DNA of 54,486 nt. It comes from Gemmatimonadota bacterium. GTDB taxonomy: Bacteria; Gemmatimonadota; Gemmatimonadetes; Longimicrobiales; Gaopeijiaceae. Made by a program: the position numbers and the translations under genes. The stretch covers positions 1 through 54,486 of the forward strand of contig JAYZBT010000079.1 in assembly GCA_036338615.1 (NCBI GenBank). Reading direction: 5' to 3'. The notes beneath the pieces are model-generated. The model did not search any database, had not been told where the DNA came from, and saw nothing but the letters and a program-made list of their open reading frames with translations. Positions 28,179-37,885 of this stretch are shown here, piece after piece; within the stretch, counting starts at the first letter, position 1, and the number at the start of each line of letters is the position of its first letter.

Positions 28179-30323
28179 TCATCGTCGTACGTCCCCGCCC
28201 GGTCGATATTTTCGAATGGTATTGCGCGCGATGTCCTCCTCGGTCCATGCAACGCTCTTCATTTCTCCTCGCGCGAACAAGGCCGCCTGGTCGTCGAAGT
28301 GAGGAGAGTCGTTGCGCGCGGTCTGGCCGTAGGCGAGCACCGTGTACGCGCGGGGGACCTCTCCGAACTCGACCAACAGCACCCAGGCATCCCCGCGATT
28401 CGCGAGGTACCGGCCGTCGGGGGCGCGTTCGTAAGAGAGAGCGCGGAAGCACCCCAGTGTCGGTTCACAGCCCGAAACCGGCTCGTCCACATCTCCGCGC
28501 ACCACCCGATGAACGTCGCCCCAACGGGCGTCTATAGAGATTCCGTCACGTTCCAGGGAGCCGACGGCTCGGCCCAATGCGCTCACGGCGTCAGCGTCAC
28601 TTCCCAGACCGAACGGAGTCGCTGACGGACGTGCCGGGTCCCATCCCTGGTCCCAAAGGGCCGTCGTGTCCTCGTTCGCAAAGTAGATCTCTGCCCAGCG
28701 CTTGAAGAGTACACCGCCGCGGCTCTCCGCATCCGCCGTACGGTCCCACGCGGCGAGGACGGCGAGTGCGCGCTCGAGCGCCGAGGGAGCGGCTTGCCGC
28801 CCCGCGGCCAGCAGATCGTCCATGACTCGCTCGGCCATGAGCATACGCGGAGAGTGCTTCTGCTCGATCACGTCCTCTAGGCTGAAGACGCGATCGTTGT
28901 GCACCAGGTCGAGCGAGAGTTGGCTGCGTAAGCGAAGCCGAGGTTCGGGAAGGTTGGCTGCGACCGTATCTCGGTCGAGAGGTACGTTCAGGTTGGTGAA
29001 GTCCGGAGTGTCATTCGCTTGCTGCACGTAGCCACCCGGGGGGTTGAGGTACAGCGGCAAGTCGGTCCAGGGCACGAGTTCCGACCAGATGTCCGCCGAC
29101 GAAGCGGCGAAGGCGGCGGAGTCGCCCGTGGTCGCGTGAGGCAGCAGCGGGAGGCGGGCGTTGTAGTAGTGGGCGATGTTCCCTCGAGCGTCCGCGTAGG
29201 TGAAGTTCGAGCTCGGATGCGCCCGCATGTGCATGACGTCCAGCCACTCATCGAGGCTCGTCGACATCATCATCATCAGGAACTGCTCCCCCCGCCGGAA
29301 TTCGCCGTCCCGAGGATCCTTGAGCAGGTAGATCCGTTCTGGCGTCCGATGGATGACGGGCCCGTACTCCGTCCACCAGGTCGACCGTGATTCGGCGGCG
29401 GAGCCGCCGCGCGCGGTGCTGTAGTCCACCGTGGTCGTGCGCTCCGTGAGAGCCAATGGCTCACCGTCCAAAATCGCGTGGTTCTCGAGGGTGGGGTGGG
29501 CAGCCAGCGCGTACACCTGGGAATACGTGGGATAGTTGTTGGTTGTCGCCCATCCCAGGTCGCGGTTGAATCCTCCGATGATGCCGAACGCGCCGCCGAT
29601 TCTGAAGTCGCCGTAGAACTCGAGCACGCCGGGCACGCGCACGTGCGCCTCGTAATAGGTGGATCCGAGCAAGCGGGTCAGGAGCGGCTCGTTTCGACCC
29701 CACGTGAGGTGCGGATTGCGGAGTAGGATCGCTTTGCCGGACGTGGTGCGCGTCCCGTCGAAGGCCCACGCGTTCGAGCCGTCGAGCGCGAAGGAAAGAT
29801 CCTCGTCCGGGTCCGGCTCCCGGGGAGCACCCCCCTCGCGCTGCAGCTCGCGCACGAATCGGGCGGCGTCCCCCCGACTCCACGTCTGCACATCGCGCGC
29901 ATGAGCGTCTACCCCGGTGAAGTTGGGCGTCATCCAGGACGGGAACTCGTCCGGATGGAGCCGGATGTAGTAATTGAGCCCTTGCGCGAAGCCCTCGTAC
30001 ACGTCCCTCGTGCGAACATCGAGGCGGTGAAAAGTCTCGACTGCCCGGGCGTGCAGGGCGCGCGCGACGAAGTCGGAATCGATCTCCGCGCGGCCCTCGT
30101 AGCGCGCTAGTGTGCCCCGGCTCTGAACCAGGCCCGTGGCGACCGACGCACCGAAGTCCTCCGACTGAACGTAGGCGAGCCCGAAGCCCATCGCCTCGAG
30201 GTCCTCCGCCATGATATGTGGCACGCCGTACTCAGTGCGCACGATCTCGACGCGGTCCGGCAGGGCGGCCCCCGAGTCGGCGGCCTGGAAGGCGAGCAGC
30301 GAGAGAAGGAGTGAGACGGACAT
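28179..30323 (-). CDS. penicillin acylase / acyl-homoserine-lactone acylase family (Ntn hydrolase)
   Basis: 714 aa with a signal peptide and the autoprocessing/nucleophile motif LDGSNAWAF. Confidence 0.85.
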   Translation of the reverse strand: MSVSLLLSLLAFQAADSGAALPDRVEIVRTEYGVPHIMAEDLEAMGFGLAYVQSEDFGASVATGLVQSRGTLARYEGRAEIDSDFVARALHARAVETFHRLDVRTRDVYEGFAQGLNYYIRLHPDEFPSWMTPNFTGVDAHARDVQTWSRGDAARFVRELQREGGAPREPDPDEDLSFALDGSNAWAFDGTRTTSGKAILLRNPHLTWGRNEPLLTRLLGSTYYEAHVRVPGVLEFYGDFRIGGAFGIIGGFNRDLGWATTNNYPTYSQVYALAAHPTLENHAILDGEPLALTERTTTVDYSTARGGSAAESRSTWWTEYGPVIHRTPERIYLLKDPRDGEFRRGEQFLMMMMSTSLDEWLDVMHMRAHPSSNFTYADARGNIAHYYNARLPLLPHATTGDSAAFAASSADIWSELVPWTDLPLYLNPPGGYVQQANDTPDFTNLNVPLDRDTVAANLPEPRLRLRSQLSLDLVHNDRVFSLEDVIEQKHSPRMLMAERVMDDLLAAGRQAAPSALERALAVLAAWDRTADAESRGGVLFKRWAEIYFANEDTTALWDQGWDPARPSATPFGLGSDADAVSALGRAVGSLERDGISIDARWGDVHRVVRGDVDEPVSGCEPTLGCFRALSYERAPDGRYLANRGDAWVLLVEFGEVPRAYTVLAYGQTARNDSPHFDDQAALFARGEMKSVAWTEEDIARNTIRKYRPGGDVRR

Positions 30324-30332
30324 CTGGGTTTT

Positions 30333-32861
30333 CTAGTTGCCCTCCAGGATGCTCGCGATTTCCGTCCGTGCATCGCGCAGATGGATCCGGGTGATGTCGT
30401 CGCCGGCGTTGCTCATGGCGTCCCCAACGGCTCCGTCCAGGTCCTCCAGAGTCGCCCGCATCACGGCGCGGATGTCCGAGGTCCAGGTCCCCGGCACGGG
30501 GTTGTTCGTCCGCGTCAGTTCTGCCGCCGTCGGGTTGAGCCGATTGTCGATCGCCTCCAGGAACGCACGCTGCACGTTCCGTCTGAACGAATTGATGCGC
30601 ACGGACCCTCCGTCCAACTCGGACCAGATGCCGTCCACGAGGTCGCCGGTCAGGTCCGCGATCGTATACTGGTCGCTCGCCCGAGTAGACATCGCCTCGA
30701 ATTCGATCAATCTCTCGAGCTTCGCACGACTCAGAAGGCTGTTCAAAACGCGATTTTGCTGTGTGCGAAAGCGGGCCACGACTCCGGTTGGCTCGATCCT
30801 ACGCAGAATTCCCTCGTCGAGGAACATCTCGGGCACGTGGAACGCCGTGTTGTTGAGGTACTCGACGGCCTCGCGTTGCCGCGCCTTCGCGACGGGCTCG
30901 AACCGGGGTCCGGTACCATACTTTTCCTGGCTCTGGGCACCCCCCACGATCGCGGTCACGTGGCCCATGTATCGACCCCACTGACTCACCGCCTGCCCGT
31001 AGAGCGTTTCCAGCTCCGCGTAGCTCTCGCCCGGCTTCTCGGCCACGCCCAACATCATGTCCATTACGCGGCCCAGGTTCATCATGCCGTACGTGGTGGA
31101 CTTCACGGCGTCCTCGTCTCCGACCGCCTCGGTCAAGGCCTCGGGGTCGGAGCCCGCGGCGTCCGAGGTTGTGAAGCGAAGCCATGGAAACTCGTCCTGC
31201 TGGCGCGCCCACGCGTCGAGCGTAGCGAGCTCGTCGTCCGCAGTCTTGGCACCCGGTATGGGCGCGTAGCCCCAACGCACCGCGAACCGGTCGTAGGGCC
31301 CCACCTTGGGGATGAGGTACTCGGGCGGGATGTTGTCCTCTGGCTGCGCGACGTAATTGAAGCGCGAGTAGTCCATGAGTGTCGCGACGTGGCTGCCCCC
31401 CATGCGTTCGAGGAACGAGCGGCTCCGCAGGGAATCCGCCGGGTACATGGCGGACGCTTTCATGTTGTGCGGAAAGCCGATGGAGTGGCCGATCTCGTGC
31501 GTTACCACGTACTCGACCAGCCGGCCCATCAAGGAGTCCGGTAGCGGCAGCGACTGTGCCCGCTCGTCCAGCGGACCGACCTGGATGAAGTACCAGTTCT
31601 TCTGCAGCTCCATGATGTTGTGGTACATGTTGACTTCACCCTTCAGGATCTGGCCTGAACGGGGGTCGACGATCTGTCCGCCGGTCGCGTTCGCGACCGT
31701 CGAGGGACGCCAGTAGATCGCCGAATTGCGCGCGTCGTAGAGCGAGAAGCTCGGGTCCTCCTCAGCGGTTGGAGCGACGCGACCGAAGATCGCGTTGCTG
31801 AAGCCTGCTTCCTCGAACACGGGTTGCCATGCCTCGACTCCGGATACGATCCACGGTTTCAGCCAGTCCGGTGTAGCGGAATCGATCCAGTAGGTGATCG
31901 GCTCTACTGGATCCGAGACCGCCGCGTCCTGGTTTTGCTTCTCGAGACGGAAGCGGTGGATGAAGCGCACTTGCTCGAGCCGGTTGTCCGGCCGCGTGAA
32001 GTCGTAGGAGCGGCTCGAGTTGAAGCCCACGCGGTCATCGTGCCAGCGCGGCATCATCGGATCATCGGGCAGTCGAGCCATGCTGAACAACTTCTTGACG
32101 GTCTGGGACCGGCTCGTGTTGCCGCGGCCGCCTCGGCCGCCCCCGGGAGGGCCGCCGCGACCTCCGGCCGCGCCGGCGCTGCCTGATCCGCTCTGCGTGA
32201 CCTGCACGTTCACCGCGTCCTCGAACGACCAGGAGTCCTCGACCCAACTGCGCCCCCGGTTCAACCCGGCGATGGGCGCGAACTCGGAGATGCTAGACAG
32301 AAAGAGATCGGAGACGTCGATGACCGAGGCGCTGTCCGCGCCGTAGGTCTCGACGTCGAATGTCGCCAGCACGGGGCCCTTTCGAAACCCGGCGATGGCG
32401 TCCCAAACGGCGGCGCTCTCGTCGGCGATGAGGTCGTATTCCTTCTGGCGTAGAATGACCCGATCAGCATCGCGCTCCCACTGCACGATCAGCCGGGGGC
32501 CGCCGCCGAAGAATGAACCCGGATTCTGCAGCGTCGACTCCATCGTACGCTGAATCAGCAGCATCTCCGTGCCGAGCTCCTCCGCGGGGATCTCGAAGAA
32601 GAGGTCGCCGTCCACTTCGTGCACGTCGAACATGCCGGGCTTCGTGATGGCGTCCTCGGTGATCACCTCCGAGTACTCCTTCATGCCGTTCGAATCGTCT
32701 TCGTCGTCGGATTCATCATCACCGCCGCCTCGACGACCGGCCCCGCCGCCGCGCTGCTGGGGAGCCAGTGTCGGTATCGGCGAAGCCGCTACCGGCTGTG
32801 GGCTGAAGAGCGAGGAGAGCGCCACGAGCGCGATCAGCAGAATGTAGGTCAGTCGCTTCAT
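30333..32861 (-). CDS. large secreted zinc-dependent metalloprotease (DUF5117/DUF4953-type architecture suspected)
   Basis: 842 aa with a signal peptide, Gly/Arg-rich low-complexity inserts and VVTHEIGHSIGFPHNM (HExxH). Confidence 0.8.
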   Translation of the reverse strand: MKRLTYILLIALVALSSLFSPQPVAASPIPTLAPQQRGGGAGRRGGGDDESDDEDDSNGMKEYSEVITEDAITKPGMFDVHEVDGDLFFEIPAEELGTEMLLIQRTMESTLQNPGSFFGGGPRLIVQWERDADRVILRQKEYDLIADESAAVWDAIAGFRKGPVLATFDVETYGADSASVIDVSDLFLSSISEFAPIAGLNRGRSWVEDSWSFEDAVNVQVTQSGSGSAGAAGGRGGPPGGGRGGRGNTSRSQTVKKLFSMARLPDDPMMPRWHDDRVGFNSSRSYDFTRPDNRLEQVRFIHRFRLEKQNQDAAVSDPVEPITYWIDSATPDWLKPWIVSGVEAWQPVFEEAGFSNAIFGRVAPTAEEDPSFSLYDARNSAIYWRPSTVANATGGQIVDPRSGQILKGEVNMYHNIMELQKNWYFIQVGPLDERAQSLPLPDSLMGRLVEYVVTHEIGHSIGFPHNMKASAMYPADSLRSRSFLERMGGSHVATLMDYSRFNYVAQPEDNIPPEYLIPKVGPYDRFAVRWGYAPIPGAKTADDELATLDAWARQQDEFPWLRFTTSDAAGSDPEALTEAVGDEDAVKSTTYGMMNLGRVMDMMLGVAEKPGESYAELETLYGQAVSQWGRYMGHVTAIVGGAQSQEKYGTGPRFEPVAKARQREAVEYLNNTAFHVPEMFLDEGILRRIEPTGVVARFRTQQNRVLNSLLSRAKLERLIEFEAMSTRASDQYTIADLTGDLVDGIWSELDGGSVRINSFRRNVQRAFLEAIDNRLNPTAAELTRTNNPVPGTWTSDIRAVMRATLEDLDGAVGDAMSNAGDDITRIHLRDARTEIASILEGN

Positions 32862-33025
32862 GCTATTCCTGTTTGGAAACGTCCATGGACGCGGGCCACT
32901 GGATTGACGGGCTAGGAGGGTAGACGGGCCTCAGGCGCCCGACAAGACGACAACCGCCCTCGGCTCCGTGCTGGTCGTCGGTGGGTTGCTCGCTCCCAAT
33001 CAGTTCAACCGGCCCATCGTAACCC

Positions 33026-34219
33026 TCATCCCACAGTGCCCGGAGGCGCGGCTGGCTGGACGACGGCGACCCTCCACTCGGTGTTGTCGTGCCACGCATC
33101 GATCATCGCGACGATCGCGAGTCGGCCGATGGCCTCGGCGTGGGATGCGTGGTTTCCCTTGAAGAGGTCCGGCAGGTCGGACGCACCTACCGGGGCCGGC
33201 GCGACGTACATCTGCCAGGCGCCCTGCTCCAGGTACGCTTGCATCATGACAGGCGTGGGCATGGAGTCGGGGATCAGCCAAGTGTGATCGGCGACGTTCG
33301 TCCAGGCCTCTCGCTGGGCGACCAGCTCCATTTCGTCGTAGTTGGTCTCCGCGTAGATGGTCAGGTATGTCGACGTGCCCAGGCCGCGAAGTGCCTCCAT
33401 GATGTCGGTCTGCGCGTCGAGCAACTCATCCCCAGTCTTGTCGGCCACCTCCCAGAGGCCGGGTCCGACACGTGCGCCCCCATGCACCGCGAGCACTGCT
33501 GAGAGTGCTTCCGCGGTGGTCGGGCTTCGGTATCGATGCCCGGGTGTCCGCAGCTCCGCGTTGTCCTCGCCCGGGTGGATGCCGCCGCCCGCAAAGATCC
33601 ATCGGTAGACCGCCGTATCGCTGCTCCCGCATTGCGGGCATGGGCGCATTGCACCGTCCCGGTAGGCGATGGGGACGCCACTCGCATTTGCGCGAGCCAT
33701 CAGGTCTCCGCGGGACTCCGCCGCGCCGAGTACCTGACCCGAGAGCAGAGTCGCGATCAGCCCCGCACCCTCGGCGAGTGTCGAGTCTGCGACGTGCGCG
33801 GGCACCAGGATGCGTGCGACCCACCACTCGATGTCATAGTCGGTGATCTCCCTGTGTCCGCATGCAAGGCATCGCCACCCCTCGACGGCCGGATCCAGGG
33901 GATGCACCCACGAGGCCTCGAAGCGCTCGTCGGTTCTTTCATAGGCGAGCTGATAGACGCGTTCTCCGAGGACCGCGAGCAGGCGGTTCGCCCACGGTAC
34001 CTGCATGCGTTCGAGCGCGTGCCCGTTCTCCGGGTCGAGAACGAGGTCGTTGAACGATCCGGAGCCACCGTAGGCGTCCAGGACGGTCGCATCGATGGAG
34101 CCGACTCGTGCCCCTTCCAGATGGCGGCGTGCCCACAGGAGCCACCGGCCCTCGCCGCTGTGTTCGAGTAGCCGAACCAGTCCGGCCAGGGCCAGTTCGG
34201 CGCGACGGTCCTCGGCCAT
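33026..34219 (-). CDS. hypothetical protein with split 4-Cys zinc-ribbon; N-terminal region resembles DUF6966-type domain (uncertain)
   Basis: 397 aa from the ATG at 34219 (ATGA overlap with the ankyrin gene stop). CLAC...65 aa...CPQC. The N-terminal AYGGSGSFNDLVLD motif is present. The longer 526-aa ORF is rejected as an overlap artefact. Confidence 0.6.
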   Translation of the reverse strand: MAEDRRAELALAGLVRLLEHSGEGRWLLWARRHLEGARVGSIDATVLDAYGGSGSFNDLVLDPENGHALERMQVPWANRLLAVLGERVYQLAYERTDERFEASWVHPLDPAVEGWRCLACGHREITDYDIEWWVARILVPAHVADSTLAEGAGLIATLLSGQVLGAAESRGDLMARANASGVPIAYRDGAMRPCPQCGSSDTAVYRWIFAGGGIHPGEDNAELRTPGHRYRSPTTAEALSAVLAVHGGARVGPGLWEVADKTGDELLDAQTDIMEALRGLGTSTYLTIYAETNYDEMELVAQREAWTNVADHTWLIPDSMPTPVMMQAYLEQGAWQMYVAPAPVGASDLPDLFKGNHASHAEAIGRLAIVAMIDAWHDNTEWRVAVVQPAAPPGTVG

Positions 34220-34746
34220 CAGCGAAGCAGCTCGACCAGGTCCTCGTGCCCGCCCGCGTCGGCCCAACCGGCCTTGTCGAGTTCCGCGCCCCGGTCGAGC
34301 AGGAACTGCGCAACCTCGATGTTCATCGCCAGGTGGAGTGGCGTCGCACCGTCCGGACCGGGTACGCTCACCCGCTCGGGTTTCGCGTCGAGCAGCTCCG
34401 TGAGCACGTCCATCCGGCCCAGCCCTCCCGCCGCATGAATGTCCAGGGTCGCCCCGCGGGCGATGAGATGGTCTGCCAGTTCGACGTCCACGGACCAGTC
34501 GGACTTGGCGTCGATGTCGGCGCCAACGTCGAGCAGGGCATCGATGACCGCTCGTGTCTCGGTCAGGGTGGAGAGCACGAGCGCCGTGGAGCCGAACGCG
34601 AACCAAGGTTTGTCGATCAGTTGCTCGAGTTCAGGATGCGCGTCGAACAGCCGTTGAATCTCATCCGCGTCCGCGGACTCGACGGCTCTCTTGAAGCTGG
34701 CGGCTCTCGGGTCGTTGTGGTTCATGTATTGTGTGACCGAACTCAC
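34219..34746 (-). CDS. ankyrin-repeat protein
   Basis: 175 aa. Repeats include GATPLHLAMNIEVAQFLLDRGAELD, GRMDVLTELL and AVIDALLDVGADIDA. Confidence 0.7.
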   Translation of the reverse strand: MSSVTQYMNHNDPRAASFKRAVESADADEIQRLFDAHPELEQLIDKPWFAFGSTALVLSTLTETRAVIDALLDVGADIDAKSDWSVDVELADHLIARGATLDIHAAGGLGRMDVLTELLDAKPERVSVPGPDGATPLHLAMNIEVAQFLLDRGAELDKAGWADAGGHEDLVELLR

Positions 34747-34899
34747 GGGTCAGTCGTTCCGGAAAGGTTGAGCCGATCCCAACATTGCGGCTCCAAGCCC
34801 AGGTCTTGCGCTGTTGGCCGTGCGATGTTTATGAGCATGCTGCCGCCGCGCGTGAAAGTCACGGGTCGAGCGCCCTGACATGGATTTCGTGGAGGAGCC

Positions 34900-35103
34900 G
34901 TGGGCCGAAAGATCGAGGTCGTACCATACGACCCGTCGTGGCCTACGGCGTTCGAGCTCGAGAGTGCGAGGGTCTCGTCCGTGTTCGAGTCTGTTCTCGA
35001 GTCCATCACCTGGGCGTTCAAGCAAGGCGCCCAACGATTCTTCGAAGCCTTGGGGTTCTCGGTGTTCAACGTCAGGATGTGGAAGCGGGGCATTTCGACC
35101 TAA
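34900..35103 (+). pseudogene. GrpB-family N-terminal fragment
   Basis: IEVVPYDPSWPTAFELES matches the GrpB N-terminus (compare IRLVPYDPDWPRQFDEER in the intact neighbour). Similarity is lost before the HxGST motif. Confidence 0.45.
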
Positions 35104-35148
35104 GACCAGTATCTGACGTCGCGGATCGGACTTTCGGATTGGGACGCG

Positions 35149-35679
35149 ATGACTGCTACCGAGCATGGAGGGTGCGTGGAACAGATCCGGCTGGTGCCCT
35201 ACGATCCCGACTGGCCGCGTCAGTTCGATGAAGAGCGAATCCTCCTGTCCCAGATCTTCGCCGATTCGACCGTCCGGATCGAGCACGTCGGGAGCACGTC
35301 CGTGCCGTGCCTGACGGCCAAGCCTGTGATCGACATCCTGGTGGGCGTATCCGACCTCCGCCTAGTTGAGAGTCGCGTCGCCTTGCTCCGGAGTAGCGGA
35401 TACCAATACGTGCCGGAGTATGAACAACAAAAGCCAGGACGGCGGTACTTTCGAAAGCCGCAGACCCGGCCGCGGACCCACCACCTGCATTGCGTAGTCC
35501 TAGGAAGCGAGGATTGGAGTCGCACGATCTTGTTTCGGGACCGGTTGCGGGACGAACCAGCCATCGCCGAGGCCTACTCGGACCTCAAGCGCAGGTTGGC
35601 CGACACCGTCTCCAAGAAGGGGTTCACCGAAGCCAAGACCCCGTTCATCGAAGCGGTACTCGGTCGAAGGCCCCCCTGA
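35149..35679 (+). CDS. GrpB-family (nucleotidyltransferase-fold) protein
   Basis: 176 aa. VPYDPDWP, IEHVGSTSVPCLTAKPVIDIL and HHLHCV are motifs typical of GrpB/DUF98. Confidence 0.8.
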   Translation: MTATEHGGCVEQIRLVPYDPDWPRQFDEERILLSQIFADSTVRIEHVGSTSVPCLTAKPVIDILVGVSDLRLVESRVALLRSSGYQYVPEYEQQKPGRRYFRKPQTRPRTHHLHCVVLGSEDWSRTILFRDRLRDEPAIAEAYSDLKRRLADTVSKKGFTEAKTPFIEAVLGRRPP

Positions 35680-35702
35680 CCAACGCGGCGGGTGTCAGCC
35701 AT

Positions 35703-37388
35703 TCACACGTCGATCGTAACGGCGCCCTCCGAGGCCGACCCCACGAGCCGCGCATACTTGGACAGCACGCCGTCCGGCAGCGGCTTGGTCGGTGCTTGCC
35801 ACTCCGAAATGCGACGCTCGATTTCGTCATTGCTCAGATCCAGGGAGACCGTGCCCTCGTCGAGGTCGAACGTGACCACATCGCCGTCGCGGACGGCGGC
35901 GATGGGGCCGCCTTCCACGGCCTCGGGCGAGACGTGGCCTGCCATGAGCCCGTGGGTGGCGCCTGAGAAGCGGCCGTCGGTCAGGAGGGCGACGCTGGAG
36001 CCTAGGCCCGCTCCCGCGAGCGCAGCCGTTACCGCCAACATCTCGCGCATGCCCGGTCCGCCCCGCGGACCCTCGCACCGGATGACGATCACGTCTCCTT
36101 CCTGGAAGACGCCGTCCTGAAACGCCTTGAACGTGTCTTCCTCGCTATCGAAGACTCGAGCCGGACCCTGGTGAAACACACGCTCGTGTCCGGCTACCTT
36201 CATGACGCAGCCGTCGGGGGCGAGGTTGCCGCGCAAGATGATCAGGCCGCCCCTGGGCTTCAGCGGGCTTTCGACTAGGCTCACTACCTCCTGGCCGGGC
36301 GCCTCGGGAGCCTCGGCGACCTCCTCGGCGAGCGTGCGGCCGGTTACCGTCGGGGCCTCGCCGTCGACGAAGCCGGCTTCGAGCAGCCGTCTCGCGACCA
36401 GGCCCACGCCGCCCGCGGCATGCAGGTCCGTCGCGGTGAAGCGACCCCATGGTTTCATGTCGGCCAGAATGGGCGTCCTGGCGCTGATGCGGTTGAAGTC
36501 GTCGAGCGAGAGTTCCACGCCGGCCTCGCGCGCGACCGCCAACAGGTGTAGCACCGCGTTGGTGGACCCGCCGGTCGCGACGACCAACGCCACCCCGTTC
36601 TCCAACGCCCTTCTCGTGAGGAACTCCCGAGCGGTGACCCCCCTCTTCACGAGATCGACCACCAGGCGGCCGCACTCACGGGCGACATCCATCTTGGCCG
36701 GGTCCGTCGCGGGGACCGACCCGCTGCCCATGGGTGAGATCCCCATCGCCTCGAAGACCGTGGCCATGGTATTCGCGGTGAACTGCCCCCCGCACGCACC
36801 CGCGCCGGGGCAGGCGGCCTTCTCGATCGCGAGCAGTTCGTCTTCGCTGATCCGTCCGGCCGCCGCCGAGCCGACCGCCTCGAAGACGTCCTGGATCGTT
36901 ACATCCTTCCCGTTGTGCACACCCGGTTGGATCGAACCTCCGTACAGCATGAGACTCGGCTGGTCCAAGCGCGCCAATGCCATGACCGTGCCCGGGATGG
37001 TCTTGTCGCACCCCGACAGCGCGACGACGCCATCGAAGAGGTAGCCGCGGCTCATGAGTTCGATCGAGTCGGCGATGACCTCACGGCTCACGAGAGAGGT
37101 CCGCATTCCCGAGGTTCCCATCGTGATCCCATCCGATACCGCGATCGTATTGAACTCGAGCGGCGTTCCGCCCGCTTCGAGGATGCCCTCGCGGACCGCG
37201 TCCCCGAGTCCCCTCAGATGCGTGTTGCAAGGGGTCGTGTCGGTCCAGGTGTTCGCGATCCCGATGAGGGGAAGCGCGAACGCATCGTCGTCGAGACCGA
37301 CCGCGCGCAGCATGGCGCGCGCGGGCGCTCGAGCCGGTCCTTCGAGCAGTTGCCGGCTTCTCAGCATGGGGAGCTTCCTGTCGACCAC
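35703..37388 (-). CDS. ilvD: dihydroxy-acid dehydratase
   Basis: 561 aa, characteristic throughout ([31 protein letters not shown]). GGAGAAACC precedes the GTG start. Confidence 0.95.
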   Translation of the reverse strand: MVDRKLPMLRSRQLLEGPARAPARAMLRAVGLDDDAFALPLIGIANTWTDTTPCNTHLRGLGDAVREGILEAGGTPLEFNTIAVSDGITMGTSGMRTSLVSREVIADSIELMSRGYLFDGVVALSGCDKTIPGTVMALARLDQPSLMLYGGSIQPGVHNGKDVTIQDVFEAVGSAAAGRISEDELLAIEKAACPGAGACGGQFTANTMATVFEAMGISPMGSGSVPATDPAKMDVARECGRLVVDLVKRGVTAREFLTRRALENGVALVVATGGSTNAVLHLLAVAREAGVELSLDDFNRISARTPILADMKPWGRFTATDLHAAGGVGLVARRLLEAGFVDGEAPTVTGRTLAEEVAEAPEAPGQEVVSLVESPLKPRGGLIILRGNLAPDGCVMKVAGHERVFHQGPARVFDSEEDTFKAFQDGVFQEGDVIVIRCEGPRGGPGMREMLAVTAALAGAGLGSSVALLTDGRFSGATHGLMAGHVSPEAVEGGPIAAVRDGDVVTFDLDEGTVSLDLSNDEIERRISEWQAPTKPLPDGVLSKYARLVGSASEGAVTIDV

Positions 37389-37525
37389 GGTTTCTCCGGA
37401 GTGAAGATTGAAGCTGTCTCAGATGTCGTTCGATCTTAGCCTGCACTGGCCTTCAGGCGCGAGCATCGCGCCGCTACGGTCCCACAACCGGGCCACCAGG
37501 ACCAAATCGTCGCCCGCCAGCGCGA

Positions 37526-37885
37526 TTATCCGACGACCCTCTCTGTAATGATGATCATCTCGTCCAGCGACGCTCCTGGAGTGACCACCGGGTACACGTT
37601 CTCTTCGACTCGCACCTGTAGCCACAGCAGTATGGGACCGTCCGCGGAACCCGCCAGATCGAGCGCGCCGTCCAGCTGTTCGGCACGGTCGACCCGACAG
37701 GTCGGGATTCCGTACGCCTTGCCCAAGAGCATGAGGTCGGGTCCGGACAGTTGGACCGAGGAGTAACAGCGACCGTAGGAGCGCTCCTGCCACTGCCGCA
37801 CCATTCCGAGGTAGCCGTTGTCGATGACCGCGATGCGCAGCGGAAGCGATTCTCGTACCACGGTCGCGAGTTCCTGAAGGTTCAT
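37526..37885 (-). pseudogene. C-terminal ~119 codons of acetolactate synthase large subunit (ilvB/ilvI-type), N-terminal ~450 codons missing
   Basis: MNLQELATVVRESLPLRIAVIDNGYLGMVRQWQE...PDLMLLGKAYGIP...EENVYPVVTPGASLDEMI is the conserved TPP-domain tail of ALS. The in-frame sequence upstream of the Met is not ALS-like. Confidence 0.7.

Noticed and set aside
30381-31544. 387-aa plus-strand ORF
   Set aside because: It is an antisense shadow of the 842-aa HExxH metalloprotease gene, with low-complexity Arg/His/Val-rich translation.
34220-34606. 129-codon extension of the Zn-ribbon protein ORF (526-aa version)
   Set aside because: It overlaps the ankyrin gene in another frame and has an Arg/Gly/Pro-rich translation. 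The ATG at 34219 forms an ATGA junction with the ankyrin stop.
33026-34746. Idea that the ankyrin/Zn-ribbon pair is a polymorphic toxin-immunity or anti-phage defence module
   Set aside because: I could not recognise any toxin, nuclease, NTPase, Sir2/TIR or protease domain, and there are no flanking mobile-element or Rhs/T6SS genes. It is reported only as an uncharacterised coupled pair.
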